57,928 nucleotides of DNA from Girardia tigrina (taxonomy: Eukaryota). The notes under the pieces are model-generated. The model saw nothing but the letters and a program-made list of their open reading frames with translations. It had not been told where the DNA came from and ran no database searches. Where the stretch lies: contig MQRK01245260.1 in NCBI GenBank assembly GCA_001938485.1, forward strand, positions 54,705-112,632, given 5' to 3'. Shown piece after piece: positions 46,401 through 57,928 of the stretch. Positions within the stretch are counted from its first letter, which is position 1; the number at the start of each line of letters is the position of its first letter. Position numbers and translations under genes: made by a program.

Positions 46401-46890
46401 CCACGACTTTCACTGCCAATTTAGTGAATACACATGCAGCCATAAGTTCAAGTCTGGGAATACTTACTGTTTTAGTTGGAGTAACTTTGCTTTTGCAGCA
46501 ACAATTCTAATGATTACCGTTTCGTCTTTAATGCCTCGCAAATAACATACAGAATCATATACATCTATTGACACATCACAAAACATATGTAACTCGACGT
46601 TTGATTCGTTCTGTTGTATAAGACACCTCTCAATTCGCACTGTAGCAATACTTGGTATTTCTTTTATCCAACATTTTGCTCTTTCTTCAATATTAATTGG
46701 CAATTTGTCATCCCAATCAACGCCTAAAAGCCATAACTTTTGAGTGATCATTTTTCCTCGAATAATAAATGGGCTCAAAAATCCCAGTTGATCATAGATC
46801 CTCGCCAGTGTACTAAGAAATGATCGCTTCGTAGTTTTATCTGGTAATTTTTTTAAAGATTCATAAGTGAATGCATCTTCATTTGATATC
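43470..46890 (-). mobile_element. BEL/Pao LTR retrotransposon remnant: ~1.9 kb 3' LTR (43470-45346) plus decayed pol (45497-46890)
   Basis: TKRSFLSTLARIYDQLG, LHMFCDVS, NPADILSRG and LWWKGP motifs; purine tract GGTGGAGAA before TG at 45346; LTR ends CA at the mariner junction. Confidence 0.85.
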
Positions 46891-47552
46891 AATCACTTTA
46901 TCTTCACTTTATCTTTATCTTCACTTTATCATCACTTTATCTTTGATATCTTCACTTTAAGCCGAGAGATCTCACCGCAATTTCCTGGTTATTTTTCAAT
47001 TTGAATTCTTTAGCTTGTGTTCTTTAAATGTGTTTGAATATATACCTTTTGATGTTCAAAAAGAATACATCAAGTTTAGAATGCAATTTATTAATTTTTT
47101 AAGGAAGGAATTTAAATTTGGGAAAACAATAACTGATTATTTTAAATAATTGGAATAAATTTTATTTAGTTTTTCAATGTTTTTTAATTTTTTGGATATT
47201 TTTTGGTTTTTGGGCAAAATTTGATATTTTTTGCCCAAAAACTGGAGGTGGACTGTACTAATTAATTAAAGTTTTATAATTATGAATTTTATTAATATTT
47301 TTAGTAAACGATTTAAATTACATAATGCCTTTTTATCCAATAAAATTTAAGAAATTAAAAATTAATATTAAAATTTCCCATTCATTGTTTTTTTAGATTT
47401 GAATACATAATTAAAAACTATATTAATCAAAGAAAGATGACCCCTGAAAATTGTTGTGAAGAATCTGTGTGTGTTATCAATATTAATGTTTACATTCAAA
47501 TTGTGATGTTGTTAATAATCACCTTTCTCAAATATAATCTGCAAAAAGCCAG

Positions 47553-47660
47553 TGTTAATTTAATCTGAAGATGGTGGGTAGTCCGCCGTAATTAGTTACA
47601 AATATAAATTTTGAAAATTGGCGTTCAGATTTTTATTTAATTTATTTAAAATTTACCATT
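47553..47660 (+). repeat. Third hammerhead-type repeat copy (core GAAA mutated to GTAA)
   Basis: CTGAAGA T GGTGGG-TAG-TCCGCC GTAA TTAGTT...TGGCGTTC. Confidence 0.6.
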
Positions 47661-47890
47661 CCATAAATTGAATTACATGTTTCTTTGTGAATTGAAAAGA
47701 TGTTCAACAGACAGATTATAATAAATGCGTTAATTCTATATAATCCGATCGACGTTGAAATCGATAATAATTAGGGACACTTTTTGCGATCTACAAATGT
47801 CATATTTCGCGATTTTTTTGTGATAATGTCACTCCTTGAATATATACTTAGAGGTACGAATTATTAAAGCCTGACAACTACAATTATTAA

Positions 47891-49010
47891 CACTGAAAAA
47901 GATTATTGAAATTTCATTTTAAAATAATTTGATGCAGTTAAAAGTATAATCATGTAGAAAAATTAACAGCATTTCATAATTCTCTTCGTAAAGCGTCTTC
48001 GTAAAGGCTCTTAATAATTTTCGTAATATGTTTTCCTATGTTGTTTTTATTCATAGTGTACCATAGTACTTCGTGTCATACCCTGTCAGAAGCTCTTTTG
48101 AAATCTATAAAGTTATGACAAATTATACTTTTGTGGTCTCTACTTTTCTCACAAATCAGTCTTAGGTTGGTTATCTGCTCTATAGTGCTGCGGTCCCTTC
48201 TGAATGTCAATATCTGGCATCACTTCCTCTTACTCACTCTGTGCGCATGAAAGAAACTCATGAAAATCTGAAAACTGAATTTTCCTCATTAAAGTGCGAT
48301 GAGTACAAGTGGCTAATTTGTGTAGATTTAAAAGTTGTTACCATTCTTTTTGGTTATCATGTTGGTTCCACAAAGTACCCTTGTTTTCTGTGTCTTTAAG
48401 AAAGTCGAGCAGATGGCCGTCATTTAAAGCAGAAAGAATTGCCAAGGCGCACTACCATTACACTTGGTCAACACAATCAGAAAAGTTTGTCCCTTGTAGT
48501 TTCAGGCAAAGTTTTGCTTCCTCCTCTTCACATCAAGCTCAGGTTAATGAAATTGTTTGTCAAGTTTCTCAATAAACAAGGCAATACTTTCAAATGGTTG
48601 GCTGAAATATTATCGCAAATTAGTGGTGCAAATTTAAAAGATGGTATATTTGTTGGGCCTCAAATCCGTGATCTATTGAAAGACATATCTTTCACCAAAA
48701 TAGTAATCTCTGTTGAGAAAGCCGCGTGGGTAGCTTTCAAATCAGTCGTAGAGGGATTTCTAGTCAACAAGAAACTTCAAAATTATAAACAGTGTTTCGA
48801 GAATTTGATCAGCAGTTATGAAAAACTGGTGGCCAAATAAGCATAAAGCTACAGTTTCTTCACTCTCACCTTCATTACTTTCCAGAGAATATAGGGGCTG
48901 ATATTGACGAACAAGGTGAAAGATTTCACTAGGATATAGCTAAAATGGAACAGCGGTATCAAGGCCATTGGAATTTGAGCAAAATGGCTGACTACTGCAA
49001 GTGTCTAGAA
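47891..49010 (+). mobile_element. Chapaev3-like (CMC superfamily) transposase remnant
   Basis: LPPLHIKLRLMKLFVK, GIFVGPQIR, FLHSHLHYFPEN and EQGERFH..MEQRYQG motifs; CACTG candidate terminus at 47891. Family assignment from memory. Confidence 0.7.
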
Positions 49011-49019
49011 TAATGGATA

Positions 49020-49530
49020 ACTCGTACCCATGTTGATATGGAGGATCGACTGAGTTACTGGAATCATTTCGCACAGGGGAATCTCTCTCTTTCCGGTCTC
49101 TGACTTCAAGAATTCCAATGTTTCGGCAGGTAGGCCTGTCAGAAACGCACGCCGCAGAAATTGTTCCTCTGGCTTCCATCCCATGCATATTGCCGTTGCG
49201 AGTCATTGCAGGGCTGCCATAAATTCATGAACCAATTCTCTTTGTCGAATGTTTCTCGACCTGAATTCCTCAAGCGCCTCCTGAGGGCTGGGCCCATACG
49301 CCGCTGAAAGCACGGTTTTTACTGACTCTTAGTTCTTTTGATCATCGATAGTTAGTCCTGCAAATAAATCAAAGGCTCGCCCGTCCAGAATAATCGGTAG
49401 AGCCGTCATATTGTCCACTTCACATAGTGATACCACGGCTTCAAATTTTCGGCACCAGATCCCATAGTCACTATGTCTGTCGAACATTCGGACAGAGTCG
49501 GGGAATTTCACACGTTTCAGGTAGCGATAG
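49020..49530 (-). mobile_element. LTR retrotransposon gag-like remnant related to 18335-19518
   Basis: KFPDSVRMFDRHSDYGIWCRKFEAV..MTALPIILDG aligns by eye to KFTDAVSLFDETKDFWTWILKFESA..MSAIQILLE; stops present. Confidence 0.65.
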
Positions 49531-50058
49531 TTTGTGGCAATTGAAATTAAAAAATCAGAGAAATCAAAGTACGAAAAGATATATAAAAAAACACTGAATC
49601 TTTCAAACACCTAGTTTAAACAAATGAATTTAATTTGCCATTTAAATTCCCATTCTATCTCACAAATTCTCATCATAAAACTATTAAATTTTAATTTATC
49701 ATAGCCTTTATTTATTTATTATTTTTTAAAAATATTATAAATTTTAATCATTTTCTCATTTATTTTAAAATTCTCTTTTTAAACTTTTATATCAATACAT
49801 CAATTTCTATTATTGTAAACAGTTTTATTTTTTACATAAGTATTTAATTTTTGTTGGTTTTCCAATAAAGAACATTTTTAATTTTCAAACTTTTTGTATT
49901 TATTTATTTTTTCAAAACTTTCAAATTTAAAAGAATTAATAAATTATTTTATCGAAGTGAAAATTTAAAGTAACTCTTCATATAATGTAAACACAGAATT
50001 TTAAAATTATTTTGTACTAATTTTCTTCTATTTTTAGTAATACAGTCAACTCTATCTA

Positions 50059-52323
50059 CAGTTCGGCTCATAAGTCTTTGATATTTTTTTATTTTTTACT
50101 ATTTTATCCATAACTTACTCAAAATCTTATCTAATGTCATTAAACTTGGTAGAAATGTTAAAAATAATGGTATCTTTCTTTTAAAACATTAGGCCTTGCA
50201 TTTCATCATTTTGTTTTAATAATCTAACGATTTATCATAAAGTACGCCATATTCATAATTTTACTAGTTTTTATATTTTTGTTAACAATGACGTTTAAGA
50301 CAGGAATTATTTTATTTATATTATTATTTTATTTTAAACTTATAATTAATGTTTTATATAGTTTTTAAATGTTTAATCTTAGATATTGATTTTAGAAATG
50401 CCTAGGATCAGTGACCAAATAAAAGATTTGATTGTGAAAAAAATGAAAGCCGGTTATAAGCAGATTGAGGTTGCCGAAGATCTGATGCTAGGACAATCAA
50501 CAGTTCATTATATCTGAAAAAAGTACCTAAAATTTGGAAGCACTACTGACGGTAAAAGGACTGGTAGACATATAAAAGCAACCTTGTGAGAAAGAAGAAA
50601 TCTTTGTCGTACCTCCAAAAGAAACCCGTTTCTTTCAGCCGCCAAGGTGTATAGACTCACAAATAGTCCAACAGAGTTATCCAAGGCTACAGTTAAAAGA
50701 TATTTAAGTAGAGGAGGTCTTTGGGGAGGTATGGCTGCAAAAAAACCATTTATTAACAAAATTAATAGGAAAAAGAGAGTGCCTTGGGCCAAGGCATATT
50801 CAGCGTTAGACATAAGTACATGGAAGAAGATGATTTATTCTGATGAGACAATTATTGTTATGTTCAGTTCACGTCGAAAATATGTCCGAAGACCCAAAGA
50901 TTCAAGGTTTTGTAACCGCTATGTTTTCAAGACGGTTAAGCATCCCTTATCCATAATGGTATGGGGTGCCATTAAAGGTGATGGTGCTAAAGTCCTTCTA
51001 AAGTGCCCTAAAAGAATGGAATCTTTGGGATATCAAGCTGTTTTAAAAAAAGGCTTGTTAAAAATTTACGATACTATATCTGTATTCATTTAAGATGATG
51101 CGACATGTCATACATCGAAGTCTACATCAAAATACCTTGAAAAAGAACAAGTATGTGTTTTGTCAGATAGGCCCCCACAGTCGCCGGATTTGAATATTAT
51201 AGAGAATATCTGGTCTACCATTAAAAGAAATGTTGGCAGACGTAATCCTCAATCAGCTAAGGATTTATAGACTTATATACAGGAAGAATGGGAGAATATT
51301 TGTATGATTCCATTTCAAGACGATTGAAAGCTGTTCTTCTCGCCAAAAGTTCGCAAACGAAATACTAGTGTATACATTTATGTCGTAGTAAAATATATAT
51401 ATATAGTTATTTTTAGTATTGTTTTCTTATTTCTTCCAGAAAAGCAGATAATCTGTAATTTTATAAACATTGAAAATTTTAACTTTATGTAATTCTCAGT
51501 GTTTATTGTTGCATAATTAAAACAAAATGATGAAATTCAAGGCCTAATGTTTAAAAAGAAAGATATCATTATTTTTAACATTTCTATCAAGTTTAATTAC
51601 ATTCGATAAGATTTTGAGTAAATTATAGATAAAATAGTAAAAAATAAAAAAATATCAAAGACTTAGGGGCCATCCATTTATTACATATGCAAAAAAGTTA
51701 ATATTTTAACCCCCCTCCTCCCCCCATTGTACCCTGTACATTTTGAACTACCATAAGCACATACAAATTGAGTCTCGAACCACCATTTTTATAAAATATT
51801 ATAAATTTGGTTGAACCCTCCACCGCCCCCTGTTATGTCTAGTAATAAAACTTAAAGTACTCCATGTTTGCACATTCCAATATAAATTTATTTAATTTAA
51901 TATAATTTGGACATCCAAAGTTAATTTGACAACCACTTAAGATTTTAAAGACAACCACCAACTGTATCATAACAAATGCTGGCTGTGTGCATTATATGCA
52001 AAATCCCCTATATTATTAGAGTAAAGCGAAAAGGAACAGAACAACAACAATATGCGTCAGGGAATCTTACAATTCCAACTCTATAGTTTTACACCAACAT
52101 TTAATTCTTTATTAGATTTTATATTCCACCTTTGTTGATAGAATGATGGTGTGTTCACAGAGCAGAAAAATAAAAAAATGTTTTTAAGAAAACCATTTCA
52201 TGTTTACATATTTAATAATTACCCACCCCCATTATCATACGCAAAATTTTTTAAATTTGAACACCCATCCCTCCCCCTTCAGTGCGTACATAATATATAG
52301 ATGGTCCCTTATGAGTCGAACTG
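50059..52323 (+). mobile_element. Tc1 (DD34E) with ~160-bp TIRs, decayed transposase 50398-51368
   Basis: CAGTTCG(G/A)CTCATAAGTCTTTGATA TIRs, TA TSD; YSDET, MVWGAI and PPQSPDLNIIENIW motifs; multiple stops. Confidence 0.92.
51666..52308. mobile_element. PIF/Harbinger-type MITE in Tc1 right TIR
   Basis: GGGGCCATCCAT.../...ATAGATGGTCCC; TTA TSD; removal restores the Tc1 TIR. Confidence 0.85.
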
Positions 52324-53028
52324 TATTTTCACGCTCGATAATTTCACAATTGGACAATTTCACACTATAATTAGAAGCATAAATTTAAAGCAAGACACTC
52401 TGACATTTGATTTATGATTTTTATGACTGTATGATTTGAGGATTTTCTTGTTATGATTATATTGGATTTTTTATAGTAAATTTTTGTTATTTGGTGGATT
52501 AATAATATAATATGATATTTATCAGTATTGTTTTTGATTAAATTATATATTATGTTATAAATAATTAATTATAAATTATAATAATTATAAATTATATTAT
52601 ATGTTAAATTACATAGCAATTTTTATAATTTCACTTTTTTCCAATTTTTCTAGTCCCAAATTGGTGAAAAGAAATAGAGTTAACTGTATTGCTTTCCCTT
52701 TTCTTTAAATTATATTCCTGGGTGCATTAGTTTTTCAATATTTGTGTTTTTTGACATGAAACAATTGAGTCATATTGAGTAAAGTCGTCCAACATACTTT
52801 AAAGAAAACTTTAAACTTTACCGAATTCGAAACTACAGTTAATAACTGTCATAATGATAAAAATTTGGTTTTTGAGAATCTCATAATTCTATTTTCAACT
52901 ATTTATATTTCATTAGAATCAGCTATTATTTCAGATACATTATTTCAATTATTTATTTCATAATACCTTTGTGCAACAATAATATACGTAATAAAAATAA
53001 GTATAATCATACCAAAAAATTTTTGGTG

Positions 53029-53392
53029 TACAAGCTTTAATAATTTGTCACATGTTTGCGTTCTGTCACCAATTCTGTTTCACTCACTTCCCACATTTTT
53101 TGACTGAATTATCAAACCCTACTAGACGAAAACCCGCTTTCTATTTGCATTTAAATATAGCAAATTTCAAAGCCTACTACTGAGGAAAACATGAGAACGA
53201 CACTTTAATTACTTTTGCGGCCAAACTAAAGGCGGTAAATGAGCAGTGACAGTGAAAAAGTGTATTGTCACCTAGAATACATCAGTCCTGAAAGTTTCAT
53301 GTCGCTAGGTGAACGGGAAGTGGGTGAATTTTCGATCGCAAGATTTGATGCATCAAGACAGACAAACAAATGAAACGTAATAAAAGCTTGTA
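53029..53392. mobile_element. Helentron/DINE-1-like non-autonomous element
   Basis: Short inverted TACAAGCTTT/AAAGCTTGTA, (GACA/AACA)n microsatellite, GAAAGTTTCATG core; second partial copy nearby. Confidence 0.55.
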
Positions 53393-53888
53393 AAAAACAT
53401 AATACAGTTAATTACGAATTGATTTATTTAAACATTAGCTTTACTTAAATTCTGTTTGATTATTTGCTATTTTGTTCATTAAATGATTATTTGAGAAGAT
53501 ATTACACAAAGAACGCTGTTAATGAGACATACAACAGTTAATTGTGATTTGTTTTATTTTACTATTAAATTTACTTACTTTAAATTCGTTTGATTATCAA
53601 AGATTGATTTAATTTCATTCAATTCGCTTTCGGACATAATGAGAATTTTTGTTTTAGTTTAATTTCTGTTCTTTCAACTGGTAGAATTTTAAACACAATT
53701 TTGCACCGTAAAGGAAACTATTAATTCGACAAAACAAATTTAACAATTTGATCGAAAATTTTTTTTTTGAAATTGTTTTTAATATTTAAAGATACAGTGT
53801 AATACAGTGTATAAATTTGTAGATGGTTTACGTAAGTGGTTTTTTGAAAAAAACTTATTTTTTTCAAAAATTTTCAAGAAAAAGTATA

Positions 53889-54018
53889 GTCACCTAGAAT
53901 ACATCAGTGCTGAAAGTTTCATGTAGCTAGGCGAACGGGAAGTGGGTGAATTTTCGATCGCAAGATTTGATGCATCTAGACAGACAAACAAACAAATGAA
54001 ACGTAATAAAAGCTTGTA
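53889..54018. repeat. Second partial copy of the 53029-53392 element
   Basis: ~130-bp near-identical direct repeat of 53267-53392. Confidence 0.75.
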
Positions 54019-54691
54019 AAAATGATACAAAGGTGTGTTCCATTACAATATTGTCGTAATTTTAGATCAATGAGTGAGTCAATTAAGAGTTCAAATTATT
54101 AATTCATTGTAACATTTTAAAGATCAAGTTTATTAGGTACTTTTCCATTTAGTAAGTCGCAATCATCGCCAATCGCACCTTTTAGAGTTAGGGCCAGTGA
54201 TTAATAACACACCAAAAGTAAAGGAAAAATATTATATATTTGAAGTCTCTGTTTAATTTTAATCTTTTGAAACCCATCAAGTGAAATAACTACAGGAATA
54301 ATGTTTGAAGATCACACTCTTTTAAATAACGACAATTTTTCTATCTATAAAAAGTAAATTTGATATTGAACACAAAAAATAAAATAAAAGTAATAAAGTG
54401 CTTAAATAATGACTCGATTGTACAATGGGTTATGCAACAACTAAATGTACTATCAAAATTCTTTTTAAATTCTTCTTTAAGCATCGCTCTTAGTACAAAC
54501 TTTTGTGATTGATAATTTTACAAGCACATTTCTAAACGGTTTTTCCAATGAAAAAATCAATTTAAAGAAGAAATATTTATATTAAAAAAAGAACACAATT
54601 TGATCACAAAAATAATTATTTGAAACTCCACTTGACCAAGCCAAAATGAGCACAGCGAAACAAATCGTAAAGATCACAATTTTAAAGCAAA

Positions 54692-55129
54692 TCACACATC
54701 GATTTCTTTCTTTACTTTTTTCCAAAATATAATGTGACTCAAGATTATTTTCATATGTCTTTGCATTTGGGGTTTCCACTGACTCTCGTGTTTACTGTAC
54801 AGATTGAGGTAAATCCCTAAAACTACCAATAATCCTGAGTAGACGTACCTAAAATCAATCTCAATCAACTAGAGTTATAGTGCAAGAAGTTTAATACGTC
54901 ATTGTAAAAGGTTTTTGGAAGAATAAAAACGATAAGATAATTGTCACAGCTTTTCTACACGTTGAAACTGAAAAATAAAAGTGAACTATTTTTTCTGGAG
55001 TAAAAATCAATCGATACCGGTTACCGCAGGAAGAGCACCGAAATGCTTCACTAAGACCAACACAAATTGAATCCCAAAATAACCGGTAACAGAAAACATA
55101 AGAAACATTCCGTAAATGTTAAACGGATC
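54692..55129 (-). CDS. SLC35B3: PAPS transporter 2 (SLC35B3), last three coding exons (55129-55018, 54967-54898, 54848-54692); 5' part lies beyond the window
   Basis: Spliced translation DPFNIYGMFLMFSVTGYFGIQFVLVLVKHFGALPAVT-VSTCRKAVTIILSFLFFQKPFTMT-YVYSGLLVVLGIYLNLYSKH...DV* matches recalled SLC35B3 C-terminus (FSLTGYFGISFVL..FGAL.AVTVTT.RKA.TIVLSF.FF.KPFT..YVWSGLLVVLGIFLNVYSK); 50- and 49-nt GT-AG introns. Confidence 0.92.
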
Positions 55130-55402
55130 CTGAACGAAAAATTATTTTTTAAAAAACAATTTATTTCACCTATTTATTAATTATACCTTTTACAATTCAA
55201 TTTCACATTATTGAAAATCAATTTCACGAAAATATAAATATGAAAACATAAATCAAAATAAATATCAAATGTAAATATTTCATGAATTATAATATATCAG
55301 AATATTATAAAAGAATTTCTTGAATTTGATTTTTTGCACTTTTGATGCAGTTAATATTAAAAATAAATATTTGTTTAATCACAATTGATTAAATATTAAA
55401 AA

Positions 55403-56301
55403 TTGATGTTGACGATGACACTCTACGTCAAGCTGTGGATGAGCAAACCTGCACCAGCACACGGAGATTATCAGCAGAGCTTGGTTCTTCACAATCCACT
55501 ATTCAACGTCATCTTCATCAGCTTGGCCTTGTCAATAGACGGTATAGACAAATTCCTCACGAACTGACAGCCACTCAAGCACAAGAACGACTTGATCTCT
55601 GCAAATAATTGCTTGCTCACCCCCATGACATGCGCTTCTTCAGAAAGATCGTGACGGGGGATGTAAAGTGGATATTTTTCCGTAATCCAAACAAGGAGAA
55701 TCAGTGGCTCTACCCTGGTATGCCCGCCCAACCCGTTGTTAAACAAGGAAGCTTCGATTACAAAGTTATGCTCTGTGTATGGTGGAATTTCGAGGGGGTG
55801 ATCTACTTCGAGCTGGTTGCGGAGGGGTGAACTGTGAATGCCAACCTCTACACTCAGCAGCTCGACAGAGTCTACTCCATTATCCGTGAGTGTTAAACAC
55901 CATTGGTCAATCAAAACCGAGTTCTACAACAAGACAATGCTCCGACACATACTGCACGTTTGACTCATGGTAAAGTGCAAGAGCAGTGGATCGACGTTTT
56001 GCCACACCCTGCCTACAGCCCCGAACTTCTCCCAAGCGACTACCACCTCTTTTGTGCAATGGTACATTGTCTCAAAGGGCGGCAGTTTGATTCAGTAGAA
56101 GAAATTGAACAAGGGTACGACGATTTTTTTACTTTCAAAACGACAGAGTGGTATACCAATGGAATCGAGCAACTGGCTGAAAGATGGTTGAAGACTATAG
56201 AAAATAAAATATTACAAAGAATAAATATGTTTTGTTTACATGTTTTTTTATCTTGAAAATATTAGTGGAAAAATGAAAAAAACGTTTCAATCCCCTAGAT
56301 A
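55403..56301 (+). mobile_element. mariner remnant (5'-truncated) in SLC35B3 intron
   Basis: IPHELT, IVTGDVKWIFF, QQDNAPTH and HPAYSPELLPSDYHLF motifs; stops and frameshift. Confidence 0.9.
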
Positions 56302-56319
56302 TAAAAAGTTACTAATTTT

Positions 56320-57060
56320 AAAAACAAGTTTAAATATTAAAAAATAGTGAGAAAATCCGCAAGTTAATTTTTCCCAAAGTTAACCTTGGTCGAACAGCAG
56401 CGGAAGCGTCTAAAAACATTTGCACTTGCAACGGCCGAGATTTCACAACAGAAAGAACATGTTCCTGATAGGCATCGTAAAGACAAACAGAGTTCCGGAC
56501 GTCAAACAAACATTAATAAACGAGCGCTACGCAGTTCCATTAAAGCAGATCCGACCCAAACAACTCGCGAACTGGTCACTGAATTACAAACTTTATATAA
56601 AACCATTATTCGGAACCTTCAGAAAATGAACAAGAAAAATAAAAGTGGTCAACGCACGTACTCAAAAAATGAAAAAAAATCTGTGAATTAAGGACTGCTT
56701 TTGGTTATTGCACAAATTCAGCTGTGGTAAAAAGTGGGTTTTCTACGATAACCGGAAATACAAAAACCAATGGCTGAGCCCAGATCAATTTGGAAAGCAG
56801 AAATCTCGAAGTGATCAACATTAAAAAAGGTGATTTTAAGCGTTTGGTGGATATCATCTGGAACTGTTCACTTGGAACTCCTTCCGCGTGGTCAAACAAT
56901 CACCTTTGAAGTTTACTGCATCGTTTTCAGACTGCATTGAAAGTTCATTGTTTCAACAGATTCATATTTGTTTTCAACAAGACAACGCAAACCTCATGTT
57001 TGACACCGGAAGCACCGAAATCTTGAAGAAATGTGTTGGGATGTTCTTGAGCATCTACCA
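56320..57060 (+). mobile_element. Highly decayed mariner fragment
   Basis: SSGRQ..IKADPTQTTRELV and FQQDNA motifs. Confidence 0.6.
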
Positions 57061-57065
57061 TAAAG

Positions 57066-57928
57066 CCAAAACTATCTTTACATTCTAGGGGGTTATTAAT
57101 TAATGACTTCAATAATCTCTCCAAAGTTTTAGCAACATTATATTGTGCTGTATTTATCATTGAAAGAATGTAAAGATAGTTTTGAGTTTGTGAACAGTAT
57201 CCTAAATTATAAAATCAAAACTAATGAGGAGGTCATGGTTTCATTTGACATAATTAGCTTATTCACTAACGTACCTTTAAATGAAACGATTGATTTATGT
57301 ACTAAATTATGGGATGAATTAGTTGAAAATAAAGTGGCTTCAATGAGTAGTAAAGCAATGAAGGCACTTTTAGAATTTAGTATAAAAATGTTCCATTTAT
57401 TTTTAATAATAAATGGTACATGCAAGTTGATGGAGTGGCAATGGGTCTCCATTAGCACCTCTAATGGCGTCAATATTTCTTCAAAGTTTGGAGAAAAAAT
57501 TCAATTTTTTTGAAGGAAATATGCCTTTATTTTACACTAGATATGTTGATGATATCTTCTTGATTTTTGAAAATAAAAACCATATAGATAATTTTTTACA
57601 ATTTATGAATCAACTTCATCNNNNNNNNNNNNNNNNNNNNNNNNNNNNNNNNNNNNNNNNNNNNNNNNNNNNNNNNNGTATTAATTGAAAGAAAATCGAA
57701 GGGCTATGAAACTGAAGTATTTCGAAAGAGTACTGACACGGGTTTATACAATAATCCTATGAGTTTCTGTGATCCCAAGTACAATAAAAATATGGTGAAG
57801 AAAATTCACAGAATATGGAATTTATCTTCTACTTATTGTGGTGTGGATAAGGGTATTGTTGATCTTAAAAGCAGGTTAGAAAATAATGGGTACAATAAAA
57901 ATTATTTAAATAATTTGATAAAAAATAC
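57066..57928 (+). mobile_element. Penelope-like element reverse transcriptase, 5'-inverted, runs off window
   Basis: KDSFEF, MVSFDIISLFTNVP, GVAMGL (frameshifted), YTRYVDDIF and RKSTDTGLY motifs; upstream RT segment (INTAQYNVAKTL...ECKDSF) lies on the minus strand at 57066-57160. Confidence 0.85.

Larger units (their letters stand above)
50043..52686. mobile_element. pogo/Tigger-like MITE, outermost of a triple nest
   Basis: TA-CAGTCAACTCTAT ... ATAGAGTTAACTG-TA; left TIR is interrupted by Tc1. Confidence 0.7.

Noticed and set aside
46891-46960. (TCACTTTATCT)n short repeat at the BEL breakpoint
   Set aside because: Low-complexity slippage or repair scar; no evidence of function.
47425-47517. 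Family-A 3' block on + strand
   Set aside because: Plausible fragment, but no 5' block or TSD was found.
54582-54779. 65-aa ORF with a hydrophobic stretch
   Set aside because: Wrong frame; it overlaps the true SLC35B3 terminal exon.
1-57928. Alternative genetic code explaining frequent stops
   Set aside because: Both host genes translate cleanly in the standard code once short introns are removed.

Overview
Very AT-rich animal genomic DNA from a gapped scaffold, with ~46-50 nt minimal introns (triclad-flatworm-like by inference only). The ORF track largely misses two spliced minus-strand host genes. (1) A PTPN13/FRMPD2-like KIND+FERM gene starts at ATG 41487 and has frame-consistent exons down to at least 5594; no PDZ or PTP exon was recognised. 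(2) The last three coding exons of SLC35B3/PAPST2 lie at 55129-54692. Introns and intergenic DNA are full of mostly dead, often nested mobile elements: mariner/Tc1/rosa, pogo, Merlin, MULE, hAT, Chapaev3-like, Harbinger MITEs, piggyBac-like, Helentron-like, BEL/Pao, gag remnants and a Penelope-like RT. Most notable unannotated structures: (a) seven diverged ~420-540 bp solo-LTR-like units packed into 18 kb of introns, most with 5-bp TSDs, ending TG...TA rather than TG...CA, and sense to the host gene; (b) a 5S-rRNA-derived SINE with a 10-bp TSD; (c) an intact minimal Penelope-type hammerhead ribozyme on the host pre-mRNA strand, plus decayed relatives; (d) a 1.18 kb gag-only mini LTR element with TSD; (e) a MULE bounded by two copies of its own 3' end. 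All family calls are by motif recognition from memory; no database searches were run.
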